Origin: a virus
IMG/VR virus record: IMGVR_UViG_3300037130_000236
DNA: 64,000 nucleotides
Direction: 5' to 3' (one strand)
Positions 1 through 9,222 of this stretch are shown here, piece by piece (position 1 is the stretch's first letter; each line of letters starts with the position of its first letter). Below the pieces are notes generated by a model. It made no database searches. It worked only from the letters and a program-made list of their open reading frames with translations, and was not told the origin of the DNA. Both the position numbers and the translations under genes were made by a program.

Positions 1-462
1 CTATGCGACCGCTGTGGTCGGCGTCCGTACCTCTTCCGTGGTGGCCCTGAGTGAGAGTAATCCGAAGCGGCCTTCGGCGGTCTTGTAGAACATTGTGCCC
101 TTGCTGGCACGTTTGTAGAGCATCTGATCCAGGGTTTTGGCCGGTCCGATTCCGTAGGTCTTCTTAATAAGCGCGCGGATCTCGTCCGGTGTCTTCTCTT
201 CTCCGTCGAGGTTGAGTAAGACGACCCGCGCCATTTCTAAGCTGTTGGGCCGTGCGTTCGGTGAATCCTTGCCCTCGGTGAGGGCCGTTAAGGTTACAGT
301 CTGGGGTGAATAGACCTGCGGTCGGGCGCTGATAAACCCATCCAAGTCCAAACGCGCTAGAAGCGCGGCATTTAAGGCAGTCTTGTATTTCTCCAGCCGA
401 ACGATTTGTTCGTTGACTCCTGCCAGTTCCTTCTCCAGTACCCCGGTGGTTTCTTCTGTCAT
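1..462 (-). CDS. Hypothetical protein, N-terminal coiled coil plus C-terminal winged-HTH (HARE-HTH-like)
   Basis: Probable start MTEETT at 462; C-terminal TPDEIRALIKKTYG...LDQMLYK...FYKTAEGRFGL resembles a wHTH. Confidence 0.5.
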   Translation of the reverse strand: MTEETTGVLEKELAGVNEQIVRLEKYKTALNAALLARLDLDGFISARPQVYSPQTVTLTALTEGKDSPNARPNSLEMARVVLLNLDGEEKTPDEIRALIKKTYGIGPAKTLDQMLYKRASKGTMFYKTAEGRFGLLSLRATTEEVRTPTTAVA

Positions 463-533
463 GTACTCTCCCGGCGACCAGTTTTCTGATCTGCTTGGAT
501 TAGAGCACAGAGTCATATACTAAGTCAAATACC

Positions 534-1127
534 CTATGGCATTATTGGCGATTTCAGTCTTGTACCATTCTTGGACTTTGCCGCAAGTCTGCCAAGACGG
601 ACCTTTTCTTTGAAGGCTGGGGATGCCATGAGCAATCGCAGTTTCTCCCTGAATTCAGGCGACCTCTTCACACCCGTTCGAGTCAGGCGTGACTTCGTTG
701 CGGCTTCCGGAGACTTCTTCTTTCCGAGGTGGGCCCGACTCATCCTGTCCCGAGTCTCCTGTGACCGTGGCCCTCTGACTTCACTGGCATGGCTGAGCCG
801 CATCTTCTCTTTTGATTCTGGAGGGTGAATGAAGCCACTGGCGCCGTCGCCGCCATCAGTCCTGTTGAGAAGGCAACCTGTCCCAATGTCAATTCGACCG
901 TATAACTTGATCAGTCGAATCTCTTCGGCAAGAGCATCAGTCTCTGCAAGTCCTTCTTTCAGAAGGACATTGTTGGCAGGATCTTGAGGCGGCTTGGCAT
1001 TGTGGTGTTTGCTGAAGCGACGATCTGTCTGGCCTTTCCCGATGTAGTAGGGTGAACCGACGACACCGAACTTGCTCGACCTGGACCGAAGATAGGCGTA
1101 CACGTAGAATCGGCATGGATTATCCAT
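534..1127 (-). CDS. Free-standing GIY-YIG homing endonuclease with NUMOD3 repeats
   Basis: FYVYAYL...YYIGKG GIY-YIG motif, conserved E...LLN, then HxxESKEKM / RSQETRDRMS / RSPEFREKL NUMOD3-like repeats. Confidence 0.85.
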   Translation of the reverse strand: MDNPCRFYVYAYLRSRSSKFGVVGSPYYIGKGQTDRRFSKHHNAKPPQDPANNVLLKEGLAETDALAEEIRLIKLYGRIDIGTGCLLNRTDGGDGASGFIHPPESKEKMRLSHASEVRGPRSQETRDRMSRAHLGKKKSPEAATKSRLTRTGVKRSPEFREKLRLLMASPAFKEKVRLGRLAAKSKNGTRLKSPIMP

Positions 1128-1134
1128 GCCCCTG

Positions 1135-1146
1135 TCTAGTATAGGA
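1135..1146 (-). promoter_or_regulatory. Candidate promoter element TCCTATACTAGA (copy 1; copy 2 at 1449-1460)
   Basis: Exact 12-mer repeated in two adjacent intergenic gaps; contains TATACT -10-like hexamer. Confidence 0.4.
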
Positions 1147-1162
1147 CTAATTTCAGTAAATC

Positions 1163-1345
1163 TTATACAGGTCGGTGTTCAATCTTATACAGAGTAGAAT
1201 CTTGAATCGATGGGGGTTTAATATCCGCCGCGATGCGGCGGTTGCTGCACACGATCTCGTGCCAGAGCCCCAGGGCGAAGAGGATCGCCATCAGGGGGAT
1301 CGGGATGTAGGGACACACATCGAGAAGTGTCTGCCAGGTTCCCAT
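1163..1345 (-). CDS. Small putative membrane protein
   Basis: 60 aa with hydrophobic stretch IPIPLMAILFALGLW. Confidence 0.5.
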   Translation of the reverse strand: MGTWQTLLDVCPYIPIPLMAILFALGLWHEIVCSNRRIAADIKPPSIQDSTLYKIEHRPV

Positions 1346-1461
1346 TCATATTCCATGAGTTTCATAGAGGCAAAATACACAAAACAGAAGACATAAATCC
1401 ATGAGAGTCAGGAACAAGAAGGGTAAACAGGCGAGGCTCTCGCCACTATCTAGTATAGGAA

Positions 1462-1482
1462 CCGGGGTGGGCAAAACCCCGG
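1462..1482. terminator. GC-rich hairpin, possible terminator
   Basis: CCGGGGT-N7-ACCCCGG inverted repeat in intergenic gap; weak U-tract. Confidence 0.35.
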
Positions 1483-1626
1483 AAGTGCATCAACACCACG
1501 CGGCCTACGGCCGGCTTCACCCAGGCCTACCTGTTGATAGAAGAGGCCCACCCGCTGCTGCTGAGGTGAGCCAAAAGGAATGGGCCGAGTATAAGCCCGG
1601 CCCAAAGAGGAAAGGAAGCGAGTCAG

Positions 1627-2760
1627 CTACGCAGCGATCGCTTCCGGAACGCCAACGTGCCCGCTCAGGTACTTCATGACATCGTTGTACTGCTGGCGGG
1701 CCGTCTGCGTGCTGCACTGCAGCATGGCTGAGATCTGAACCCAGTTGAACTCCTTCCGGAAGATCATCTGGAGAAGCCAACGTTCAATGGTTGTCAGGTT
1801 GCGGAACAGCTTGTCGCTGGTCTGTCGGACCCAACCGTCGGTCATCTCGCTGATGTCGAGCTGGGCCTCCATCAGAGACGTGTCAGCTGCCCAGGCGGTG
1901 CCGTGTTGGTCCACGAAGTTGCCGTCCGCATGAGGCAGTGCATCGCTGGAGTGTGCAAAATCCTCGTGAGAGGAGACCTTTCCGATGCAAGTGATGCCCC
2001 GATCCAACTGAAGCACTCCCTCCCTGGACTCGAGTTCGCCCATCGCCGCCACAATATGTTCCGCCAGGTAGTAGCGAAACCACATGGCCGCGAAGTATGT
2101 AAACCCAATCGGCCCCGATTCAAAGAATGCTTGCTGAGGTGGCCAAGACGGCCCCCTTCGATAACCGATAACCTTCCTCTGGTTGCCGACCACCGAGACC
2201 AGGTACTGCTTGCGAACCAGCAGCCTAATGCACCCAACAGCGTCAAAACCCACAACTGATGAGACGGCGTCGGCTGTGAACTGCTGGAAGAATGTCTTCC
2301 CATCCAATACCTCACAAACTTGACGGACCTTATCCGTATAGAGCGGATCGTAACGCCGGCAGGCGCGAAGGAAACACATCACCATCGCGTCGTAGATGTC
2401 ATCCGTGGTCATGGTCTTGAAGGCCAGATGCAGGGTGTGACAAGTCTTCGACAGGACAGTCTGGTCGGGGTTGGATCCCCGCGGCAGCAACTTCTTCAGC
2501 ATCTCTGCGGCGTCCTTGCCGACCCGGGATGTCGGGTTCGGCAGCTGACCACGAATCACCATGTTGGTGTACTTGATCAGATAGCCGTGGAAACACTCCA
2601 CCAGCTTCAGAAAGGCCGCTTCTTTATCGGGCCCGTCTGGAAGCTTGGCGTAACGAATGGCGAGATCGTTGACCTCAGTCCGAACGTTGAAGTTGTCATC
2701 ATCGGGCACAACCCAGCCCGCTGCATAATGTGTTGCTGACAGAGTATACGATCTCGACAC
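1627..2760 (-). CDS. Sigma-factor-like transcription protein
   Basis: N-terminal region-2-like AFLKLVECFHGYLIKY; C-terminal region-4-like HTH LTTIERWLLQMIFRKEFNWVQISAMLQCSTQTARQQY; GTG start with GAGGGG SD. Confidence 0.55.
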   Translation of the reverse strand: MSRSYTLSATHYAAGWVVPDDDNFNVRTEVNDLAIRYAKLPDGPDKEAAFLKLVECFHGYLIKYTNMVIRGQLPNPTSRVGKDAAEMLKKLLPRGSNPDQTVLSKTCHTLHLAFKTMTTDDIYDAMVMCFLRACRRYDPLYTDKVRQVCEVLDGKTFFQQFTADAVSSVVGFDAVGCIRLLVRKQYLVSVVGNQRKVIGYRRGPSWPPQQAFFESGPIGFTYFAAMWFRYYLAEHIVAAMGELESREGVLQLDRGITCIGKVSSHEDFAHSSDALPHADGNFVDQHGTAWAADTSLMEAQLDISEMTDGWVRQTSDKLFRNLTTIERWLLQMIFRKEFNWVQISAMLQCSTQTARQQYNDVMKYLSGHVGVPEAIAA

Positions 2761-2809
2761 GGAAGCCCCTCAAAGTGTCCCCACACGGAGAAAGGCCCGT
2801 ACTCGATAG

Positions 2810-3196
2810 TTAGCTGATGCGTTTGTAGTCGAGGAAGACGACGATCTCATCTTCCGAGAAGTCCGCGCCGTAGGCGTCGCGCATGGCGAGCAGGACGCTG
2901 GAGTAGCTCTGGCTGCCGGAGTGGTTCCGATCGAGCACGGTGGCCGGAACCTCGTTGAACGGGCCGGTCCAGACCTTTTCCACGCGGCCGTGGCCGACAA
3001 TCTTGTGATCCAGTCCCTGGGTCAGAAGAAGATCATGTCCCCTGGGAACGTTGGCCCACTTGTCGCCGCGGCGGATGGTGTTGCCCAACTGCCCCGGCTC
3101 AAGACGGTTCACTTTGAGGTTGTGCAGCTCAGTCGGCAGCGGCGCCGGCGGAGGCATGAATGGAAACTGCATCTGTTCAATTGCGAGTGTTGCCAT
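2810..3196 (-). CDS. ASCH/PUA-like domain protein
   Basis: TIRRGDKW...GHGRVEKV...F...LLAMRDAY...DEIVVF pattern. Confidence 0.5.
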   Translation of the reverse strand: MATLAIEQMQFPFMPPPAPLPTELHNLKVNRLEPGQLGNTIRRGDKWANVPRGHDLLLTQGLDHKIVGHGRVEKVWTGPFNEVPATVLDRNHSGSQSYSSVLLAMRDAYGADFSEDEIVVFLDYKRIS

Positions 3197-3250
3197 GGAA
3201 ATGTTCCTCGTACTTCTGAATTGTTGATGGTGGGTCCGGTACTACCAAAG

Positions 3251-3466
3251 CTAGGCGGCGATGGGCAGTTCTTCGGCCAACACAACCTTGTCGTCGCCGA
3301 TGATCTTCATGCCCGGAACGAGCGTCAGGATGGCAATCGTCTTGACGAAGCTTGTGCCCTTCGGATCTTTGTAGAAGCTCACAGTTTGCTCGCCGAGGTT
3401 CAGGTCGTCGGCTTCAATGTCAACGTCCTGCGACGGGTCTTCGATGTAAGAGACGTGGTACTTCAT
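3251..3466 (-). CDS. Hypothetical protein
   Basis: 71-aa ORF with GGAG SD, in operon orientation. Confidence 0.65.
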   Translation of the reverse strand: MKYHVSYIEDPSQDVDIEADDLNLGEQTVSFYKDPKGTSFVKTIAILTLVPGMKIIGDDKVVLAEELPIAA

Positions 3467-3496
3467 GGTGCCTCCGGTTTCGGTTGGGGCCGTAGA

Positions 3497-4201
3497 CTAT
3501 GCCGCGGCCGGATGATCTTTCAGCCAGGTCTTCACCACGTCGGAGACTGTCTCCTTCTGGTGAGCCAGCAGGTTTCCTTCTTGCGTGTTGGTGATGGCGC
3601 GGCCCAGTTGAACCAGGCTGAAAGCGTCACAGATGTTGTCGTCGAAGAACTTCTCGTGCCAGCGGTCGAGCACTTCCATGAGCATGTGCTCTTTCTTGGC
3701 AGTGCCTTTCCCGGTCACGAACTTCTTCAACTGCGTTGGCGGGATCTCGATGAACGGAACACTCAAGTCATACAGCGCCACGCGGGTAACCCCGCCCAGC
3801 TCGCCCAGGCTGATGCCGCTCGACCCCTTGGCGCCGAAGGCATAGCCCTCGATCATCACCAGGCACGAGATACGTTCACCTTCTGTCGGCCGCTCAGGCG
3901 CACCCCACATGGCCAGGTTGGTCACCCGTTCCCGCAGCCAGACCAGACGGCGCATGCCCAGGACCGGGGTCACCTTCTTGGACTTGGTCGGATTGGGCTC
4001 CAAGACCCGCTCCTGACGGACTCCAGTCTTGACGTTGTACAGACACCATCCGGTGTGTTCGAGAGACATGTCGAGGCCCAGGATGTAGTCCGGAGCGGTC
4101 AGGCGTGTTTCGGTCAGAGCTGTGCTGGCCGGCTTGGGCAGTCCGGCGATCTTCGGGATCTTCAACTTGGGCACTCTAACTTTGGGTGCATTGGGAGTCA
4201 T
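3497..4201 (-). CDS. RuvC-like Holliday junction resolvase
   Basis: ILGLDMSLEHTGW, VMIEGY, LGELGG, PPTQLKKFVTG, DNICDA acidic motifs of phage RuvC-like enzymes. Confidence 0.8.
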   Translation of the reverse strand: MTPNAPKVRVPKLKIPKIAGLPKPASTALTETRLTAPDYILGLDMSLEHTGWCLYNVKTGVRQERVLEPNPTKSKKVTPVLGMRRLVWLRERVTNLAMWGAPERPTEGERISCLVMIEGYAFGAKGSSGISLGELGGVTRVALYDLSVPFIEIPPTQLKKFVTGKGTAKKEHMLMEVLDRWHEKFFDDNICDAFSLVQLGRAITNTQEGNLLAHQKETVSDVVKTWLKDHPAAA

Positions 4202-4204
4202 GAT

Positions 4205-4456
4205 TTACCTGCGGAACTGGCTCGGCACGTGGCCGAAGTGGTAGTGGTTTCCGGTGACTGGACAGAGGTAGACGTTCAAGTCCTCGCCATCGTAATAGGA
4301 GGCACCCATCAGGCTGAGCATCTCGCCTTCCGCCTGATCAAAGGTGTCGAAGGGCTGCTTCTTCAAACAGCACCGCTCAATGCGGAGTCGCTGGGAGCGG
4401 CACACCGTGCGACTCACACGCTCCCGCCGGCGCCGTATACAACGCTTGCTGGCCAT
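4205..4456 (-). CDS. Small basic metal-binding hypothetical protein
   Basis: CLKKQPF...YLCPVTGNHYHFGH (C/H motif common in small phage proteins). Confidence 0.6.
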   Translation of the reverse strand: MASKRCIRRRRERVSRTVCRSQRLRIERCCLKKQPFDTFDQAEGEMLSLMGASYYDGEDLNVYLCPVTGNHYHFGHVPSQFRR

Positions 4457-4458
4457 GG

Positions 4459-5076
4459 CTATACCTCAAAGAGATCCTTCCCCTTATGAAAGGCTGCCAC
4501 TCTTCGCAAGTAGGCTCTGAACTCCAAATCAGTCTTTGTTCCCTTGGCAAAGTTACAGATCTGACACGATGACACAACATTGCCTGGAACATATCCTTGT
4601 TGAGAATCGATTCGATCAATTCCGTTGTAAACAAAGTCGCCATAGCCAGGACGGCCCTTCTGAATCAAAGACGGAGGATCACCACAATAAGAACAAGCTG
4701 ATTGAAACAGATGACGAGTTTCTTCAAAGCTCAATGTGAAGCCGAGACCTCTTCTCCTTGCACCTGACTTATAACTATGCATAAGATGCAAACAAGCAGC
4801 CTCTCCTGGAACAGCCGACTCCTGTCTCTGCTTTCGACTTGCCAAATACCGTTCGTTACGGAGACATCCACAACTAAGACTTTCACCTGCTTTTAGAGAA
4901 GCAGCACGAATAGTCTTTTCAGTACCACAATCGCATTTGCAAAGCCACATGGCTTGTTGCTGGTGTGTTGAATCTCCCTTCTTTTGAAAACCGTTCCGTC
5001 GAAGTACAATCAAGCGGCCAAAGCGTTTTCCTGTAAGATCAGGACTGCGATTAGAGTTCGAAGAGTTCTTTTCCAC
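4459..5076 (-). CDS. Free-standing HNH-type homing endonuclease
   Basis: DLTGKRFGRL...WLCKCDCG...SCGC N-domain; CSYCG...NGIDRIDS..GY...NVVSSCQICNFAK; GTG start at 5076 with AAGGAG SD; visibly lower GC than flanks. Confidence 0.85.
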   Translation of the reverse strand: MEKNSSNSNRSPDLTGKRFGRLIVLRRNGFQKKGDSTHQQQAMWLCKCDCGTEKTIRAASLKAGESLSCGCLRNERYLASRKQRQESAVPGEAACLHLMHSYKSGARRRGLGFTLSFEETRHLFQSACSYCGDPPSLIQKGRPGYGDFVYNGIDRIDSQQGYVPGNVVSSCQICNFAKGTKTDLEFRAYLRRVAAFHKGKDLFEV

Positions 5077-5512
5077 TTCGTTCCTGCTCCTTTCTGGTGT
5101 CTTCAAAAGATGGCCTATTATCACGCGCTCTGAGTAGTATCTCCAAAACCTCTTCGATGTCTGCCTTGTACCAGGCCAAGGTGACCATCCATTCACCGGT
5201 GGGCAGCAGGCGCGGCCGGTTCTTCAGGTTCAGATTGATGAAGCGGTGCTTCATGCTTTCATGAAGTTCCTTCATGTCCTTGGTCAGAGAATTCGTCGGC
5301 GCCAGGGCCTCCAGGATCGAGACCAGGTGCTGGATCTCCAAAGGCTTGAAGGGTGTCCTGTAGGCATAGCGGGTGGGCTTGTCGACCTTGTTGCCCTCCC
5401 GGTCAAGCCACTCGCGCGTGGAGAAGATTTCCCCACGCTCGTAGTTGACCCACCAACGGTGGATCTTTCCCAGCAAATCGTCACAAACGGGTTTGAACCA
5501 CAGGCCTGCCAT
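5051..5512 (-). CDS. Hypothetical protein whose 3' end lies inside the HNH insert
   Basis: 153-aa ORF; last codons overlap HNH start and are AT-richer. Confidence 0.65.
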   Translation of the reverse strand: MAGLWFKPVCDDLLGKIHRWWVNYERGEIFSTREWLDREGNKVDKPTRYAYRTPFKPLEIQHLVSILEALAPTNSLTKDMKELHESMKHRFINLNLKNRPRLLPTGEWMVTLAWYKADIEEVLEILLRARDNRPSFEDTRKEQERSGKELFEL

Positions 5513-5517
5513 GAGAG

Positions 5518-5718
5518 CTACCTCTGTCTGCCAAGGATCTGGCCGTCAAGCTTTCCGCCGTTCGGACCATACTTGGGGTTGATAACCGTGGGGGTCAGAC
5601 CGCCTTCGAAGAGACCGAGCTTTCCAATCCCTTTGACATTGCGTGCAGGTGCCTTAATAGGGGGCACCGGAAAACGGGCTTTCGAGGAGCCCGATGTCTT
5701 ACGAGTCGTTTTGGCCAT
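5518..5718 (-). CDS. Small basic hypothetical protein
   Basis: Probable start MAKTT at 5718, fills gap in operon. Confidence 0.5.
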   Translation of the reverse strand: MAKTTRKTSGSSKARFPVPPIKAPARNVKGIGKLGLFEGGLTPTVINPKYGPNGGKLDGQILGRQR

Positions 5719-5737
5719 TGGAGGATGATTCCTTTCA

Positions 5738-6271
5738 TTACCAAGTCCTGTCTTCGAACAGATCCGTGTCCGGTACAACCACCGGCTTCGGATCGTCTGT
5801 AAATCCGAATGCCCGCATCAGCCCCTTGTGCGATTCCGGAGACATCTGCATCGTTCCTCGGATCGTGCCACTGCCGAACTCCCCTGCCTTGAGAGCTATC
5901 CGCTCACTCATGGCACGAGCTGGATCGACGTTGAGCATCACATCTCTGACATCGCATTCCACGGTTCGACCGTCAGGCGCCATGAGCACCATGTGGCAGT
6001 TGCTGTTGAGCATGGCGATGGTGCCAACGGGAATGCGTGAATCTCGAACTACGTTTCCCGGAAAGCGAAAGCCATGGTAGGTTGTTCCAGTCCGCAGATC
6101 GAAGGCCTCGGCCAAGGGAGCACTGTCAGGATTCTGAAGGTCGCCCGAAAGGATATTTCCCATGGCATGAGCACCATAAAGATGCCCGTTGGTGTACGAG
6201 CTTCCGTAGGGAACGTCTGTGGCTGTGATCTCCATTCCAACTGACGGGATCAAATCTTCCGTTGGAGGCAT
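5738..6271 (-). CDS. Hypothetical protein
   Basis: 177-aa ORF coupled to upstream stop. Confidence 0.65.
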   Translation of the reverse strand: MPPTEDLIPSVGMEITATDVPYGSSYTNGHLYGAHAMGNILSGDLQNPDSAPLAEAFDLRTGTTYHGFRFPGNVVRDSRIPVGTIAMLNSNCHMVLMAPDGRTVECDVRDVMLNVDPARAMSERIALKAGEFGSGTIRGTMQMSPESHKGLMRAFGFTDDPKPVVVPDTDLFEDRTW

Positions 6272-6633
6272 CAGCTCACCCTGTCGTTGTTGAAGGTTTC
6301 GCCATAGTCGAGACGCAACCGAAGCTGCCTCTCTTCTTCCCTGAGGTCTTCCGCCGTCTGCGGTGGGATGGTTGAGCGGAGTGGGAACCTCGGTGTCACC
6401 CGGTTCTTACCCATTACCGAGGAACTGGGTGACACTTTGTATCCCAGAATGCCCTCAAAGATCTGGTAGCCGCCGCCGTAGTGTGCGGGAAAGTCAATAC
6501 GGGCAACAAAGCAATCGCTGTTGCCCGTGAAAGTCACTTCGAATCGCGCAACATCACTGGTGGGCATGCGAAGATGCATGAGCACCATCTTCATGGCCGC
6601 TGAACGGCGTTCGATACTGACTGGTCCGGCCAT
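6271..6633 (-). CDS. Hypothetical protein
   Basis: 120-aa ORF in operon. Confidence 0.6.
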   Translation of the reverse strand: MAGPVSIERRSAAMKMVLMHLRMPTSDVARFEVTFTGNSDCFVARIDFPAHYGGGYQIFEGILGYKVSPSSSVMGKNRVTPRFPLRSTIPPQTAEDLREEERQLRLRLDYGETFNNDRVS

Positions 6634-6644
6634 GCTTCCCCTTG

Positions 6645-7145
6645 CTATCGAAGAGTGGCCAGGGCCTTCTCATCGATGACATTGTTCTGAGCCAGGAAGT
6701 AGGCCAGGGTGTCGAAGGTTCCGACATCCGCGATATGAGCCAGCCAATCTTCATGGCTCCTCATGATCGACACGCTCTGGGGAGTGCGCGTGACCAGATA
6801 GATATGGATCTCCCGCTCAGCCTGCTTGTTGGGTTGTTTCATCAGCCATTCGGGATACTTCTGAAGATCAGTCGAGCGCGCGAGAAACGCATCCATCGTT
6901 TCCTTGAAGGCCACGAAGAACTTGTTGGTCGCTTTGTGTCGCACGGTTGCGATGTGCTCGTAGTAGACGACCTCATCACCCACGGGAGTCAGGCCCGACA
7001 AATGGGTCAGACGAGGATCGTAGGCAGTCGGGTTCTGACGACGACCGACACCGCCCGGCAATGGAAAGATCTTCGTGCTGACAAGTTCCAGTCCGGTCAG
7101 GAACTCAACATTCACTGACCGGGAAGCAAGTTGGCGTTTGGGCAC
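6645..7145 (-). CDS. Hypothetical protein
   Basis: 166-aa ORF, GTG start just after upstream stop. Confidence 0.65.
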   Translation of the reverse strand: MPKRQLASRSVNVEFLTGLELVSTKIFPLPGGVGRRQNPTAYDPRLTHLSGLTPVGDEVVYYEHIATVRHKATNKFFVAFKETMDAFLARSTDLQKYPEWLMKQPNKQAEREIHIYLVTRTPQSVSIMRSHEDWLAHIADVGTFDTLAYFLAQNNVIDEKALATLR

Positions 7146-7146
7146 G

Positions 7147-7812
7147 TTACTGGCCCCCTTGACGCTTCATGCGCTCTCTGGCGCCCCCGGTGTAGATGGT
7201 GGCAGGTGTGGACGTGATCTCCTTGTGATCGCCCGTTGACTGCACCGCCGCCGCAGCCGAACGGCCGCGTGTGCCTGTGGCAATCAGAGGAGCCGCGCCG
7301 AGTTCGCGCATCGTAATGCGTGCCGCAGACTCAGGGGACTGCTCCTCTTCGGGAGTTTCCTCTTCGCCATTGGTCGCCAGCTCGACAGGTTCGGGCACTT
7401 CGCCGCCGGCCGCCCAGGTATTGAAGCGCGTAGCCAGCTCTTCGAACTGGGCCTTCAACCTGTTGTGCTCGGCCAGACTGACTGTGCCTTGCGCGATCTG
7501 ATCGAGAGTGGTGCTGTTCCTGCGCGCGATCGCCAGCTTCAGAGACTGGACAAACAGGTCACGTTCGGAACCCGCCGGAACGCCGGAGCTGTAGTTGGAC
7601 GGAATCATGATCTCGCCGCACGGGCACAGGTACACCTTTTGAGGCGCCTGGTTCACATTGCGATAACCGGCGCCGGAGGTGGTGTACATGCCGGCCTGCG
7701 CCTCGATAAAGAAGATCGATCCACAGGAAGGGCATTCGATGGGGGCATTGACCGCACTGGTCGCAGCTTGAACACGCAGCCTACTGGATTGCGGTTGGGT
7801 GGGTCTGTTCAT
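7147..7812 (-). CDS. Zinc-ribbon protein with acidic low-complexity tail
   Basis: CPSCGS...LCPCGE; probable start MNRPTQ (7812) with GAGGA SD. Confidence 0.65.
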   Translation of the reverse strand: MNRPTQPQSSRLRVQAATSAVNAPIECPSCGSIFFIEAQAGMYTTSGAGYRNVNQAPQKVYLCPCGEIMIPSNYSSGVPAGSERDLFVQSLKLAIARRNSTTLDQIAQGTVSLAEHNRLKAQFEELATRFNTWAAGGEVPEPVELATNGEEETPEEEQSPESAARITMRELGAAPLIATGTRGRSAAAAVQSTGDHKEITSTPATIYTGGARERMKRQGGQ

Positions 7813-8074
7813 CTTGTTCCTCGTTGATCTGTTGTGTGCTCTTGTTGCAGACCGTGCAATGGCTGTGATCGATGGCCCACTCATGCTCATGTGGACGAAG
7901 GTCGGTCACTTCACCGTCTGTGATGCGGAACCGTTCCTCACCGGAGTCAGGACTGACCACAGTAAGATCGTCATCTCCAATCACCGCGTCGATGACGAGA
8001 AAGCCTTCGGCATCCCGAAAGCAGTTGATCGGCTTGCGTTCGCCCTTCATAAAAACGGGCAGCGTTTCAGGCAT
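7781..8074 (-). CDS. Hypothetical protein
   Basis: 97 aa, HxHxW...CTVC motif. Confidence 0.55.
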   Translation of the reverse strand: MPETLPVFMKGERKPINCFRDAEGFLVIDAVIGDDDLTVVSPDSGEERFRITDGEVTDLRPHEHEWAIDHSHCTVCNKSTQQINEEQDEQTHPTAIQ

Positions 8075-8759
8075 GTGCGAGACTCCTGCATCTTTTACCG
8101 ATGCAGTCCTCGCAATGAGAACCAGGCACCGGATGGTCGGTATTCCGAACAGCGTCCAGTATGGAAGTGACTGCCTTGCGTACCAAAGGCAGGTCGAAGT
8201 TCTTCATCTTCCAGGGTTCGCCGCGGAACAACGGCAGGTGATAAACCCCCGGAACTGTGTAATCGGTTGAGGCCATCAGATGCACATACCGGATCAGCTC
8301 GATCGCGCCTGGCTGCTGGCAATAAGCCGGCCGCCATTCGTGGGCCTGCAGGATCATCGGTCGCTCGTCTGTGCGCCGGTCATGGCGCCGGAGCACCACG
8401 GCGTACTCGCCTTCAATGCAGTCGCCCGCACATTCGACGCTGTACGCCTCGACCGGCTTCAGCACTTCGTAATGCTGAAGGAACAGATACGTCTTCCTGG
8501 CTGCCGTATTGCCGGCACGAAGCCCTGCATAGTAAGCCTGCTGATGATCGGGAGCCCATCCTGTCGTGTGCCCGTTCCAGATGCTTTCAAACTTGCCACG
8601 CAAGGTGGTTACAGGCACAAGTCTGCCCTTGAAAGCATCCAGGACGGCCCAGCGCAACAGCTTCTGAGCACATTCGAACGGAGTAGGCTGGTGCAGCCCT
8701 ACGCCGAACATCGGGCACTTCAGATGCAGTTCGATTTGGCGCTCGGCCAGTGTTGTCAT
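8067..8759 (-). CDS. Divergent PD-(D/E)XK/Cas4-like nuclease-fold protein
   Basis: N-terminal LKCP and C-terminal PVPGSHCEDC...C Cys cluster like RecB/Cas4-type phage proteins; catalytic residues unclear. Confidence 0.4.
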   Translation of the reverse strand: MTTLAERQIELHLKCPMFGVGLHQPTPFECAQKLLRWAVLDAFKGRLVPVTTLRGKFESIWNGHTTGWAPDHQQAYYAGLRAGNTAARKTYLFLQHYEVLKPVEAYSVECAGDCIEGEYAVVLRRHDRRTDERPMILQAHEWRPAYCQQPGAIELIRYVHLMASTDYTVPGVYHLPLFRGEPWKMKNFDLPLVRKAVTSILDAVRNTDHPVPGSHCEDCIGKRCRSLAHA

Positions 8760-9157
8760 GCCGCTTGCTTGCGCCTGGACAGCCTTGGCACGTCCTGGCT
8801 CTCGGTCTCGATCGGGGCCGGTTGGTCACCAATCTCGATCACGGTTGGCTCCGGGAATTGGATCAATTCATCCGCCGGAATCTGAACAGTCCCCTCTGCC
8901 GGCAGCTCAACTGTCGAATCCGTTGAGGTGTCGATGGCGGGTTCATCAGTGCAAAGCAAGCCCTTGGAATCGAACCGAAGGTCTTCAGCAAAGTGAACGA
9001 TATTGGCCGGGTTGTGCCCGGTGGTCTTTAGGAACGCCGCGGACATGCCGACTTTCTCGACCAACTGTTCGGGAATAAGGGCATGGTTACCGTGTCCCGT
9101 ATAGGTCCCACCGAAGAAGGTGGGATCGAACTCAACCTTGTAGTTCCGTGTGCTCAT
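8756..9157 (-). CDS. Hypothetical protein
   Basis: 133 aa, AGGAG SD. Confidence 0.7.
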   Translation of the reverse strand: MSTRNYKVEFDPTFFGGTYTGHGNHALIPEQLVEKVGMSAAFLKTTGHNPANIVHFAEDLRFDSKGLLCTDEPAIDTSTDSTVELPAEGTVQIPADELIQFPEPTVIEIGDQPAPIETESQDVPRLSRRKQAA

Positions 9158-9206
9158 TGATGCTCCTCTTCACTTCGTTGTGCCAGGCAGGCCAGGCCGG
9201 ACCTGC

Positions 9207-9217
9207 CTAACGGTTAG
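9207..9217. promoter_or_regulatory. Candidate operator CTAAC-N-GTTAG (perfect)
   Basis: CTAACGGTTAG in gap after primase gene. Confidence 0.55.
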
Positions 9218-9222
9218 TAGAC

